Notes: a model not told the origin generated them from the sequence alone. DNA of 64,000 bases from an uncultured Acidobacteriota bacterium (GCA_963804995.1 CAWDSK010000002.1:160001-224000), one strand, 5' to 3'; shown: positions 40,277 to 50,125, counted from the stretch's first letter. Translations and numbers: made by a program.

Positions 40277-40365
40277 ATTGTGGAATCACAACGCCATTTC
40301 GCGTGGACCCCCGATCTGCGAGGCAGCGCGCGGGACGGCGACCAAATTCATCGCGGAGAAACATT

Positions 40366-41100
40366 ATGTCCAACGGCAACGGCGATCAGTCCTTCGGCGT
40401 GGAGCGCGCGGGCCTGCACGTGGCGATCATCATGGATGGCAGCGGCCGCTGGGCCACAACTCGCGGCCTGGCGCGTTCCGCGGGCCACCGCGCGGGGCGC
40501 GCCGCCGTCTGCCGCGTCGTGGAAGCCGCGCTGTCCTGCGGCATTCGAGTGTTGACACTCTATGCCTTCTCTTCTGACAACTGGCACCGGCCGCCTCACG
40601 AGGTGGACGAGTTGTTGCGGATTTTCGAGGGCTTCTTCACCGTGGACGCGCCGCTACTAATCCGGCGCGGCATCCGGATCGGTGCCGTAGGGCGTCGCGA
40701 TCGCCTGCCCGCGTCTCTATTGGAAGCCATCGAATATGTGGAGGCCACAAGCCCGCGCGGGGATCAAGTGCAGGTGCGTCTCGCGATTGACTACTCTGGC
40801 CGCGAAGCTATCCTGCGCGCTGCCAGTCAATTCGGTCCAAGCTGCGATGCAGAAGTCTTTGCTCGTCTGCTCAGCGAAGCGGACCACGTGCCTGAGCCTG
40901 TTCCCGACGTAGATCTGCTGATTCGCACCGGCGGCGAGCAGCGCCTGAGCAATTGCCCGCTTTGGGAAGTTGCCTACGCCGAGCTGTATTTCACTTCCTG
41001 TCTGTGGCCCGACTTCGGCGCCACGGAGCTCGCCACTGCCGTTGAGGAGTTTCGCACGCGCCATCGCCGCTTCGGCCGAATCTTGGCCGGGGTGTCTTGA
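40366..41100 (+). CDS. uppS: cis-prenyltransferase (undecaprenyl diphosphate synthase paralogue)
   Basis: HVAIIMDGSGRWA, LYAFSSDNW.RP..EV, DLLIRTGGEQRLS, LWPDF, RRFG. Confidence 0.88.
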   Translation: MSNGNGDQSFGVERAGLHVAIIMDGSGRWATTRGLARSAGHRAGRAAVCRVVEAALSCGIRVLTLYAFSSDNWHRPPHEVDELLRIFEGFFTVDAPLLIRRGIRIGAVGRRDRLPASLLEAIEYVEATSPRGDQVQVRLAIDYSGREAILRAASQFGPSCDAEVFARLLSEADHVPEPVPDVDLLIRTGGEQRLSNCPLWEVAYAELYFTSCLWPDFGATELATAVEEFRTRHRRFGRILAGVS

Positions 41101-41155
41101 TTCGTGAATTCCTTGGCCTGTTGGTTTTACATCCATAAGGAGCGGAGCCTGGTCC

Positions 41156-42637
41156 ATGAATGACACAGCCAAATTAGAAGTAACGACCCTCGCGGCAGCA
41201 ATCACATTGGGAATCCTGGGCGACGCGCTCCTCCGCAGTTTTCCGTGGGGAGTGAATTTCGCGCTGTGGGGCATTGCACTCGCGGCGACAATGGCTTTGT
41301 TAGGCAGCTCCCGGCGCGAGGCTTTTGCCCAGGGCGGATACTGGCTACTTTTGCCACTGGCGCTTTCTCCGCTGGCATTCCTCTGGCATGATTCGTTGGC
41401 TCTGACGGCGCTTAGCATGCTCGCGTTATTGACCGCGCTGTCTCTGGCGATGCTCCGATCCCACGGCTTCCATCTGCGAGTTTCAAGCCTGATGCAATAC
41501 GTTTTGGGCAGCTTCCTGGCGGGGGGCAACGCAATGTTTGGGATGTTTCCGTTGCTGTTTGGGAAACGCGAATGGAAAACGGCCCTGGGCGGCGGAGACT
41601 CGCGGCGAGCCACCGCGGTGCTGTGCGGCACGGCGGTGGCTCTTCCTCCGCTGTTGATCTTCAGCGCGCTCCTGATGGGTGCGGACGCGGTCTTCTCTAA
41701 GCTCATCCACCGCATCTTTCACATCGACTTCACCCAACTTGTGCTGATCACATTCATTACTTTCTGGGTCGGCGGCTATCTGCGGGGCTTGCTGTTTGGC
41801 AGAGCGCTGGAGCTGACGCCGGGGAGACGCCTAGTGCCTTTTTCCCTGAGGTCCATCGAAGTGGGGATGATGCTCGGCTCACTTGATCTGCTCTTCCTGA
41901 TTTTTGTCGTCGTGCAGATTCGATACTTCTTTGGTGGCTCGGCCCTGGTGCAGGCAACCACGGGACTGACCTACGCGGATTACGCGCGCCGCGGCTTCTT
42001 CGAACTGGTTACGGTGGCCACGCTGGTGCTTCCCCTCTTGCTCGTCACCCACTGGCTGCTGCCTTCGGAGGATTCCCGGGCGCAACGCCTGTTTCGCGTG
42101 CTGGCAGGAGTGCAGGTGATTCTCCTTTTCGTCATCATGGCATCTGCCTTCCAGCGCATGCGCCTCTATCAGGCGGAGTACGGCCTGAGCACGCAGCGCC
42201 TCTACCCGACGGCTTTCATGGGCTGGCTGGCGGTGGTGTTTGTCTGGTTTGCACTCACGGTTCTGCGAGGGCAGCGCGAGCGTTTCGCCTTCGGCGCCAT
42301 GGTGGCGGGGTTCCTGCTCATTGCGGTCCTGCACGCCCTCAACCCCGACGCTTTGATCGCCCGCACCAACCTCGAGCGGGCCCGGGCCGGGCGAGTTTTT
42401 GACGCCCACTATGCAGGGAATCTGAGCGCCGACGCGGTTCCAGAGCTGGTTGCGGGGCTCGCGGCATTGAATCCCCGGGACCGCGGCACGCTGGCGAAGG
42501 CGCTGCTCGAACACTGGTCCTCGCCCCAGAATTCCAACTGGCGGTCGTGGAACCTGGCGCGCTCGCGCGCCTTGAAGGCTATGCGCGAGAATGCTCCCGC
42601 CATCCGCGCCGCGGCGGGTTATCAACCCAAGAGTTGA
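41156..42637 (+). CDS. DUF4153/DUF4173-type multi-pass membrane protein
   Basis: YFFGG...TYA.YARRGFFELV, SA..RM.LY...YGL...RLY, LSADAVP. Confidence 0.8.
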   Translation: MNDTAKLEVTTLAAAITLGILGDALLRSFPWGVNFALWGIALAATMALLGSSRREAFAQGGYWLLLPLALSPLAFLWHDSLALTALSMLALLTALSLAMLRSHGFHLRVSSLMQYVLGSFLAGGNAMFGMFPLLFGKREWKTALGGGDSRRATAVLCGTAVALPPLLIFSALLMGADAVFSKLIHRIFHIDFTQLVLITFITFWVGGYLRGLLFGRALELTPGRRLVPFSLRSIEVGMMLGSLDLLFLIFVVVQIRYFFGGSALVQATTGLTYADYARRGFFELVTVATLVLPLLLVTHWLLPSEDSRAQRLFRVLAGVQVILLFVIMASAFQRMRLYQAEYGLSTQRLYPTAFMGWLAVVFVWFALTVLRGQRERFAFGAMVAGFLLIAVLHALNPDALIARTNLERARAGRVFDAHYAGNLSADAVPELVAGLAALNPRDRGTLAKALLEHWSSPQNSNWRSWNLARSRALKAMRENAPAIRAAAGYQPKS

Positions 42638-42648
42638 AACCTTCGGAT

Positions 42649-44133
42649 CTACACCGCCCACGCTTTGGCGCGTTCCACGGCGCGCTGCCAGCCGGCGTAC
42701 AATTCCTCACGCCGGGAGACGTCGATCGCAGGCTCAAAGCGCCGGCCCACTTTCAAATGCGCCGCCAGTTCACCTTCGTCCTGCCAGAAACCGGTCGAGA
42801 GCCCCGCCAGGTACGCCGCTCCCAGCGCCGTGGATTCGGTGGTTTCCGGACGCTCCACGGGGATGCCCAGAATATCGGCCTGGAACTGGCAGAGGAAGTC
42901 ATTGCGCGCCGCGCCGCCATCCACGCGCAACACTTCCGGGCGCAAGCCGGAGTCCTGCGCCATGGCATCCACCACTTCGCGCGTCTGATAGGCAATCGAT
43001 TCCAGCGCGGCGCGCACCAGGTGATGGCGATTGGCTCCGCGCGTGATGCCGGTAATCGTGCCGCGCGCGTAAGCGTCCCAATGCGGCGCGCCCAAACCCA
43101 CGAAGGCGGGAACAAAATAGACGCCATGCGTGTCAGGCACGGCGCGCGCCACGGCCTCGCTTTCCGCCGCGCTCGTGAGCAGCTTCATTTCATCGCGCAG
43201 CCATTGGATGGCCGCCCCCGCAATGAATACGCTGCCTTCGAGCGCGTAAGTCGTGCGGCCCTGGCGACTCCAGGCGACTGTCCCCAGCAGCCCGGATTGC
43301 GAGCGCGGAATCTCAGTACTGGTGTTCATCAGCAGAAAGCAGCCAGTCCCGTAGGTATTCTTCACCATGCCGCGCCGGAAGCATTGCTGGCCGAAAAGGG
43401 ACGCCTGCTGATCGCCCGCCACCCCCGCAATCGGCACCGATGCGCCGAACAGCGTCGTGTCACCAAACACTTCGCTTGACAACTTCACCTCCGGCAGGAG
43501 CGAGGCGGGAATGCCGAAGTAGGTCAGGATTTCTTTATCCCAGGCAAGCGTGCGCAGGTTGAAGAGAAGGGTGCGCGAGGCGTTCGATACATCCGTTGCA
43601 TGTACGCGGCCGCGCGTGAGTTTCGAGATCAGCCACGTGTCGATGGTCCCGCAGGCAAGTTCGCCGCGCTGGGCGCGTTCGCGCGCGCCGGGAACATTCT
43701 CCAACAGCCAGGCAATTTTGGTTCCCGAAAAATAGGCGTCGGTCACGAGGCCCGTCTTCTCGCGCAACGTGCGGTCAAAACCCTCCGCCCTGATGCGGTC
43801 GCAGTGGGCAGCGGTGCGGCGGCACTGCCACACGATCGCATTGTGCAGCGGTTCGCCGGTCGAGCGGTCCCACAGCACCACGGTCTCGCGCTGATTGGTG
43901 ATGCCAATCGCGGCCAAATCTTTGGGGCCAGTTTTCGTGTCGGCAAGGACTTTCTCCGCCACCGCGAGTTGGGAGCGCCAGATCTCCATCGCGTCGTGTT
44001 CCACCCAGCCGGGTTGGGGATAATGCTGCTTGAATTCCAAGCTGGCGGCGCCACGCGTGTGACCCTGATGATCAAACAGAATCGCTCGCGAACTTGTTGT
44101 GCCCTGATCTAGTGCCAAGACGTATTTCGGCAT
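42649..44133 (-). CDS. glpK: Glycerol kinase
   Basis: LALDQGTTSSRA, GITNQRET, GDQQA.LFGQ, KNTYGTGCF, YALEGS. Confidence 0.96.
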   Translation of the reverse strand: MPKYVLALDQGTTSSRAILFDHQGHTRGAASLEFKQHYPQPGWVEHDAMEIWRSQLAVAEKVLADTKTGPKDLAAIGITNQRETVVLWDRSTGEPLHNAIVWQCRRTAAHCDRIRAEGFDRTLREKTGLVTDAYFSGTKIAWLLENVPGARERAQRGELACGTIDTWLISKLTRGRVHATDVSNASRTLLFNLRTLAWDKEILTYFGIPASLLPEVKLSSEVFGDTTLFGASVPIAGVAGDQQASLFGQQCFRRGMVKNTYGTGCFLLMNTSTEIPRSQSGLLGTVAWSRQGRTTYALEGSVFIAGAAIQWLRDEMKLLTSAAESEAVARAVPDTHGVYFVPAFVGLGAPHWDAYARGTITGITRGANRHHLVRAALESIAYQTREVVDAMAQDSGLRPEVLRVDGGAARNDFLCQFQADILGIPVERPETTESTALGAAYLAGLSTGFWQDEGELAAHLKVGRRFEPAIDVSRREELYAGWQRAVERAKAWAV

Positions 44134-44811
44134 GTGCGGTCCTTAGAAGAAGGTGCGTTCGAGCCCTCCTTTATACCACGAGCGCTGTGGCGGGTTGGGA
44201 GGGGGGTGTACCGCAGGGCCCGCTTTCCGGCCCTGCGGCTCTTCCAGCGGTGCGGGTTCTTGCCGCGCGGCCTAAAGCACGTCTGCGTGGAAGAGCCGCA
44301 AAGTTTGGGAAACGGCACTTTCCTAATTCTCCGAAAAACGTCCTCCGGCTGGGGTATTAGAATGCTGGAACATCTGTAGCCCTATCGGTGTCAGAGGAGT
44401 TCTGCAGATAGGTTTCTCCGGGCGAATCGGGGTCGGCCTCACCCTGTTCGCAATCGCGGCGGACATTAGGAAACGGGTCCACGCTCGGTAGATTTCTGCC
44501 GTCTACAACCGACAATTTGGCGTCCCCTGCGTCGGGCAATATGTCTTGTGAATTTCGCTTTTTGGAATTCTTTGTAAGTGGGTTTTCTTTCAGTATGTTC
44601 TCGGCTTTGGCAGGAGCAAAAACCTTGTTTCGGAGCCTTTGTTTTCTATAAGTTCTCGGCTTTGTGTATCTTTTACATTCAGGGACAATCTGTCACAAGG
44701 CCATTGCGCCATTTTGTCAGCCCGCCCCTTCCACTGATCTTGTACCGCTCGAAGGCGGCGAAGGGGTTGGGCGCTGGCCGCCGGGCGGAAGCAGCCTCCC
44801 TTCACAATTTC

Positions 44812-44841
44812 ATTCTAGCCTATAGGGTGTGGGGGTGTCAA
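44812..44841 (-). promoter_or_regulatory. Sigma70-like promoter in long intergenic region
   Basis: Minus strand TTGACA-18 nt-TAGAAT. Confidence 0.5.
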
Positions 44842-45209
44842 GATAATAAATAGGTTCTTTGATATGAGCGGGCCTGCGATAGTTGCGCCGGAGACCCCGC
44901 GTTACCGAGCCTGACCTTTTCTGTCCGCCTCGAGCCGGACGGGCAGATTTCTCGCCTCCCGGGCTCACACGAATTCTCGCCCTACTGAGAACCGTAGCGC
45001 GGCGGAGTCGCAGCCCAGCATGCAAACTGGATCCCGAATTCTGGGGGCCCGCCCCGCCCAAAGCACGTCGCGGTGGAGGAGCTCTGGCAGTAGAGTTGTT
45101 CTTGAACTCCGCGACTTGTATACTCCGGAACCGTCGAAGAGGTTCAGGGGTTAAAAGACAGAGCTGCGCTTGCGTGGTTACCAGTTTGGGTTATGTAGGA
45201 GGACCTCAT

Positions 45210-45801
45210 ATGAGCACCGTATCCATGCGTCGGCCTGGCGGCAATTGGTCCGTTTCCAGGATCGATAAGGCCGAACACTACCAGACAGTTTTATACGAAA
45301 TCGACATGCTCCGTTATTCCTATTCCCAAATCCTCACCCCCCCTGATGCGGCTAAGGACGCAGATGTCTGGGCCTACTTGGAGTCGTTCTTGGTGCACTA
45401 CAGGAACATGCTAGATTTCGTTGGGAAGGCAGTCGCGAGCAATACGGACCTCACACTCGGTCACCCTGAAATGATATGGTCACCTGGTTCGGGTTTGACA
45501 GATCGCGCACCCTGCCAAAAGACTCTCGAACAAGATGCGCGCCCTTGGCCAGAAGCTCCGGGAAAAGTATGAGGACCACAAGAAAAGAAAAGACACTATT
45601 TCCAGATACCTTCAGCACTGCACGACGTTCAGAATATCTCCGAAAAAGTGGTTTCCTATCGAGATGATGGCGGAGATAGAAGAGATCTTGATACTACTTG
45701 AGCATCACCTTCCCGAATTTAGGCCAGCGACTCAATCCCGCGCAGTCGTTCGTGAAAACTTTCGGGGAGGTGAATCCATCAGCACGCATTCGAGCGGGTA
45801 G
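45210..45801 (+). CDS. Hypothetical all-alpha, HEPN-like protein (about 196 aa); one-base frameshift at about 45530
   Basis: AGGAGG RBS; YEIDML...LESFLVHYRNMLDF...ISRYLQHCT; removing one A joins ORFs 44883..45572 and 45535..45801. Confidence 0.65.
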
Positions 45802-45849
45802 CCGGCACAATCAGTTTTATTGCCTACCGTGGGCCCTTCATCACGGTAA

Positions 45850-46356
45850 CTAGTGCGTGCGCTGCCGGCAAACCACCAATTCAACTTGCTGCGCAGCAAG
45901 AACTTTGTTGAGAACCAGGTAGATCTTAGCTGCAACAAGCACCCCTGTGTTCGGGATTTCCGCAAGGTCGGCCGCCAAATGGAAATCGTAGGGGTCAATT
46001 GCCTCATATGACATGGCCTTGGCATCCAAGTTAACTGCGTGTACCTCATCAAGGATATCAAGCAGCCCTAAGGCAGAGGGGTTATCGGACGCCCTAAGTG
46101 TTTCCAACAGCGGTTTCAGCTCACGAATTCGGCTCCGTTCGTAGTCCAGCTGCTGTTTGGCGTTCTGTGAGACGCCATATGCAGTAGTCCACCTGCCGAA
46201 GTTTATCCTATCAGTCACCTGCTCAAATCGCATGAAAAGGGCGCTTGCCTCACTTAATGCGTTCGTGACCTCATCGTGTGTTGGTCGCGGCACAGCCAAG
46301 CCAGCGGACGGCATGGTTGCCACAAATGTCAGGAGAATGCAAATTAGGATTTTCAT
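45850..46356 (-). CDS. Hypothetical exported helical protein
   Basis: GGAGGG RBS; signal peptide MKILICILLTFVATMPSAGLA. Confidence 0.7.
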   Translation of the reverse strand: MKILICILLTFVATMPSAGLAVPRPTHDEVTNALSEASALFMRFEQVTDRINFGRWTTAYGVSQNAKQQLDYERSRIRELKPLLETLRASDNPSALGLLDILDEVHAVNLDAKAMSYEAIDPYDFHLAADLAEIPNTGVLVAAKIYLVLNKVLAAQQVELVVCRQRTH

Positions 46357-46426
46357 TTTTCCCTCCAGTTCATTAGCCCGGACGTTACCTCCGGATACTC
46401 CCAAGTGCCCCTGCAGGGCACTGGAC

Positions 46427-47035
46427 CTATCCACCTGCCCTCGTCATGCCGTGGGCCAGGGCCTGGGTGGCGGTATCTGTAAAGTTGAGCACTTCGGCCA
46501 TTTTCGACCAGGGAAGCCGCCCGCCGATGGCGAGTTTGGCCACTCCGTGCACGATGGACCAGGCTAGCAGGGCCGGGGGGCGGGGATCTCCTGGGGGTAG
46601 CAATCCCTCTTTTTGGCAATCCTCAACGTAGCCAAGGAGCGTGCCGAAGGCGCGTTCACCCGCCGCGCGCGTTTCGGGGTACGGCGCGAAGCTCCAAGGA
46701 GCGTCAAACATCACAGCAAAGTGCTGAGGGTAGCGCAGCGCGAACTCAACGTACCCGCGCCCGCTCAAGCGGAATCGCTCCGCGGCCCCGGTAGCGGCGG
46801 CGGTCGCCTTTTGCATGGATTCCGTCAAGCGATCGAATCCCTGGGCGGCCACGGCAGCCAGCAACTCCTCCTTATTCCGAAAATGCCGGTAGGGAGCGCT
46901 GTGCGATACGCCTGCCCGCCGCGCCACCGCGCGTAAAGTGAACGCGCCGGGACCGACTTTGCGAATCAAGGCGAGCGATGCTTCGAGCAATGCCTGCTTC
47001 AGGTTTCCGTGGTGGTAAGAGTGGGGCGTTCTCAT
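46427..47035 (-). CDS. TetR family regulator (WHG-type C-terminus)
   Basis: YHHGNLKQALL, LRAVARRAGVSHSAPYRHF..KEELL, WSIVHG. Confidence 0.93.
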   Translation of the reverse strand: MRTPHSYHHGNLKQALLEASLALIRKVGPGAFTLRAVARRAGVSHSAPYRHFRNKEELLAAVAAQGFDRLTESMQKATAAATGAAERFRLSGRGYVEFALRYPQHFAVMFDAPWSFAPYPETRAAGERAFGTLLGYVEDCQKEGLLPPGDPRPPALLAWSIVHGVAKLAIGGRLPWSKMAEVLNFTDTATQALAHGMTRAGG

Positions 47036-47058
47036 GACCCTTTCTTTATAGCAGAAAT

Positions 47059-47109
47059 ATGTTGACACTGACAACATTCCTGATGCAGAATGTGGCCAGT
47101 GTCCACATT
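47059..47109. promoter_or_regulatory. Two related palindromes (putative TetR operators) between divergent genes
   Basis: ATGTTGACACTGACAACAT and AATGTGGCCAGTGTCCACATT; the first overlaps a TTGACA. Confidence 0.7.
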
Positions 47110-47139
47110 GAAGGGCGGGACACTGAGGAGGTCAAGGTC

Positions 47140-48768
47140 ATGGCGAATACAACCGTAGGGTTCTCTTACAAGCAGAAGACGGTCGCGGGTAATTGGGATG
47201 CCATCGTGATCGGCTCTGGTATCGGCGGGTTGGCCGCGGCGTTGCTCCTGGCACAATACGGCGGCAAACGGGTGCTGGTGCTGGAGCGGCATTACGTGGC
47301 GGGAGGATTCACGCACGCCTTTCACCGCCCCGGCTACGACTGGGACGTAGGTGTTCACTACATCGGCGGAGTGCACGATCCGGCTTCGGCGGAACGCGCT
47401 GTCTTCGACCACCTTACGGGAGGGCGCCTGGAGTGGAACCGCATGCCAGAGGTTTACGACCGCGTCATGATCGGCGACCGCGAGTATGAGTTTGTGTCCG
47501 GCCTCGAACGTTTTCGCGAGCGAATGAAGTCGTATTTCCCAAATGAGACCGAGGCCATCGATCGCTACGTCCGCGCGGTCCGCTCTGCGGCGCGCATGAG
47601 CGGGGGGTATCTTGCGGAGAAGGCCATCCCGCGGTCGATTGCTCGCGTGGTGGGACCGTTGCTGCGTGCCCCTTTTTTGCGCTGGGCGCGTCAGACTACC
47701 GCCGAGGTCCTTAGCAAGATTACGACGAACCGCGAGCTCGTCGGCGTCCTCACCGCGCAGTGGGGCGATTACGGGCTGCCCCCCGCCCAGAGCAGCTTCG
47801 GCGTGCACGCGACCATTGCTGCGCACTATTTTGACGGCGCGAGCTTTCCCGTGGGCGGAGCCGCGAGTATGGCGGCCACCATTGCACCCTCGATTGAATC
47901 CGCCGGCGGCCAGATCGTTTACAGCGCCGAGGTCCGCGAAATCCTGCTGGACGCTGGACACCGCGCCGTGGGAGTTTGCATGCAAGACGGCCGCGAGATT
48001 CGAGCGGGCATGGTGGTGAGCGACGCGGGAGCGTGGAATACTTTCTCTTCGCTCCTGCCACCCGGGGCTCCCGGGGTCGCGCCGGCGCTTGAGGAACTCA
48101 GGTCTGTGCCGGCATCGATGGCGCACCTGTGCCTCTATGTGGGAGTGAAGCAAAGCGCGGCGGAGTTGGGATTGACCGGGACGAACCTGTGGTTCCACCA
48201 GACTCCGGACCACGACGCGAACCTCCAGCGGTTCGAGGACGATCCCTCGGCGCCCTTCCCGGTGCTGTTCATCTCTTCACCTTCGGCTAAAGATCCTGAC
48301 TTCGCACGGCGGCATCCGGGCCACGCCACGCTGGAAGTGATCACTCCGGCGCCCTATGAGTGGTTTGCGCGCTGGGAGGAAACTCGCTGGAAGCGGCGGG
48401 GGCAGGACTACGACGACTTCAAGAACCAATTGGCCGCGCGTCTGCGAGCGGGTCTGGAACAGTACGTGCCCGCGGTGCGTGGCAAGATCGATTACGCCGA
48501 GCTTTCCACACCGCTTTCGACCCGCCACTTTATGAATTATCAGCGAGGAGAAGCCTACGGTGTAAGTGCGACTCCGGCGCGCTTCCGCCTGCGCTGCCTT
48601 ACGCCGCAAACCGCCGTGCGTAACCTTTACCTTACAGGGCAGGACGTTTGCACGCTGGGCGTTATGGGGGCGATGATGGGCGGAGTCATTACCGCCTCCG
48701 CGGCGCTCGGTAGAAATCTGATGTCAGCGGTTACTAAGCCCTACGGGGCTGCTAAGGCCGCGGCGTAG
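47140..48768 (+). CDS. Phytoene-desaturase-family FAD oxidoreductase (retinol-saturase-like)
   Basis: IVIGSGIGGL, LERHYVAGGFTH.F, DVGVHYIG, STPLS, NLYLTGQD. Confidence 0.88.
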   Translation: MANTTVGFSYKQKTVAGNWDAIVIGSGIGGLAAALLLAQYGGKRVLVLERHYVAGGFTHAFHRPGYDWDVGVHYIGGVHDPASAERAVFDHLTGGRLEWNRMPEVYDRVMIGDREYEFVSGLERFRERMKSYFPNETEAIDRYVRAVRSAARMSGGYLAEKAIPRSIARVVGPLLRAPFLRWARQTTAEVLSKITTNRELVGVLTAQWGDYGLPPAQSSFGVHATIAAHYFDGASFPVGGAASMAATIAPSIESAGGQIVYSAEVREILLDAGHRAVGVCMQDGREIRAGMVVSDAGAWNTFSSLLPPGAPGVAPALEELRSVPASMAHLCLYVGVKQSAAELGLTGTNLWFHQTPDHDANLQRFEDDPSAPFPVLFISSPSAKDPDFARRHPGHATLEVITPAPYEWFARWEETRWKRRGQDYDDFKNQLAARLRAGLEQYVPAVRGKIDYAELSTPLSTRHFMNYQRGEAYGVSATPARFRLRCLTPQTAVRNLYLTGQDVCTLGVMGAMMGGVITASAALGRNLMSAVTKPYGAAKAAA

Positions 48769-48789
48769 GGCTGCGAAACAATCCCTCCT

Positions 48790-48870
48790 TTTCACCGCAG
48801 AGGCGCTGAGGCGCTGAGGTTTTAAAATCAAGAGGCTTTCTCTCTGCGTCTCAGCGCCTCAGCGGTAAAA
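48790..48870. repeat. Inverted repeat (CACCGCAGAGGCGCTGAG type)
   Basis: TTTTCACCGCAGAGGCGCTGAG ... CTCAGCGCCTCAGCGGTAAAA. Confidence 0.7.
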
Positions 48871-48968
48871 ATACTGGTTGTTCACGGCATCTTGCCGTTG
48901 TAAGAGTTTGACGACTTCCGGATTTCCGATGGGCCGCGATCAGAAATCCTCATGGTAGTATGGTAGCC

Positions 48969-49728
48969 ATGGGCGACAAAAAACTGAGTGGGAAGGTTGC
49001 GGTTATTTCCGGAGCCAGCAAGGGCCTCGGACGCGCCATGGCGTTGGCGCTGGCCGGTGAGGGGGCAACGATTGCGCTGGTGGCGCGCCACCTCGACCGG
49101 TTGAGCGAAGCGGAACAAGCGGTAAAGAATTCCGGCGGCCAGGCGCGAGCTTTTCAGGCCGACGTTTCCCAGGAAGACCAGGTGCGGAAGCTTCGAGCAC
49201 GATGTCGTCGCGGCTTTCGGCAAGGTCGATATTCTGATCAACAACGCCGGGACCAACATCCGCAAGCCGGTGGTGGAGTACACGCTCGACGAGTGGCGCC
49301 ACGTGGTTGACACCAATCTGACCAGCGTTTTTCTGATGTGCCGGTCCTTCATTCCGCACATGAAGGGCCGGGGGTACGGGCGCATCCTGAGCATGTCGTC
49401 GATGATGGGATGGATCTCACTCCCCGCCCGCACGGCCTATTCATCCACCAAAGCGGCTCTCTTTGGTTTCACGCGCTCCTTGGCGCTCGAACTTGCGGGC
49501 GACGCCATTACCGTAAACACCATCAGTCCCGGCCCTTTTGCGACGGAGATGAACTCGCCGATCATCGACAATCCGGAACTCCACCAGTTTTTCATCTCGC
49601 GGATTCCCCTGGGTCGCTGGGGGAAGGTGGAAGACATCGGGCAGCTTGCGCTCTTCCTTTGCTCGGAGGAGGCGGGGTTCATCACGGGTACGGATGTCCT
49701 CATCGACGGCGGCTGGGCGGCGCAATAG
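48969..49728 (+). CDS. Short-chain dehydrogenase/reductase; one-base frameshift at about 49192
   Basis: SGASKGLG; rejoined KLEHDVVAAFGKVDILINNAG; YSSTK; ITG....IDGGW. Confidence 0.9.
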
Positions 49729-49812
49729 AGTGGGCACTTGGCGCAGGGTCATGCGACCCCTGCAGGGTCGGGGAACCAGCGTCGCGAATACCAAACCGGT
49801 TGGCGTTTACGG

Positions 49813-50118
49813 CGTAGCGCAGACCTCCGCTGTTGAGGTCTGCGGTTCTTCATGTGCCATCTGAGCGAATGTAGCCACCCGTATGTCCGGAGTTTGCGGA
49901 TTTTTCAAGCCAAGAACCGCGGACCCCAAAAGCGGGGGACCGCGCTACGCTTAATGCCGACGATGCAGAGGCTGCAAACCTCGTAGACCTCCGCTGTTGA
50001 GGTCTGCGGCACTTCCCGCGAAAAACTGCAAAACTCAACCCCAGAGATCTGCTCGCAGAATCAGAGGCGCGAATCTGAGGAAGAACCGCGGACCCCAAAA
50101 GCGGGGGACCGCGCTACG
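49813..50118. repeat. Two tandem GTAG-type REP doublets (BIME/REPIN-like)
   Basis: AGACCTCCGCTGTTGAGGTCTGCGG and AAGAACCGCGGACCCCAAAAGCGGGGGACCGCGCTACG each occur twice. Confidence 0.85.
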
Positions 50119-50125
50119 AAACTAA

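Noticed and set aside
44883..45209. N-terminal 109 codons of ORF 44883..45572
   Set aside because: Arg/Pro-rich and non-protein-like; AGGAGG before ATG 45210 marks the likely start
13534..49197. Programmed ribosomal frameshifting or true pseudogenisation of the split genes
   Set aside because: No slippery heptamers, the motif lies on either strand relative to the gene, and both halves are otherwise undecayed; a systematic sequencing error is simpler, though not proven
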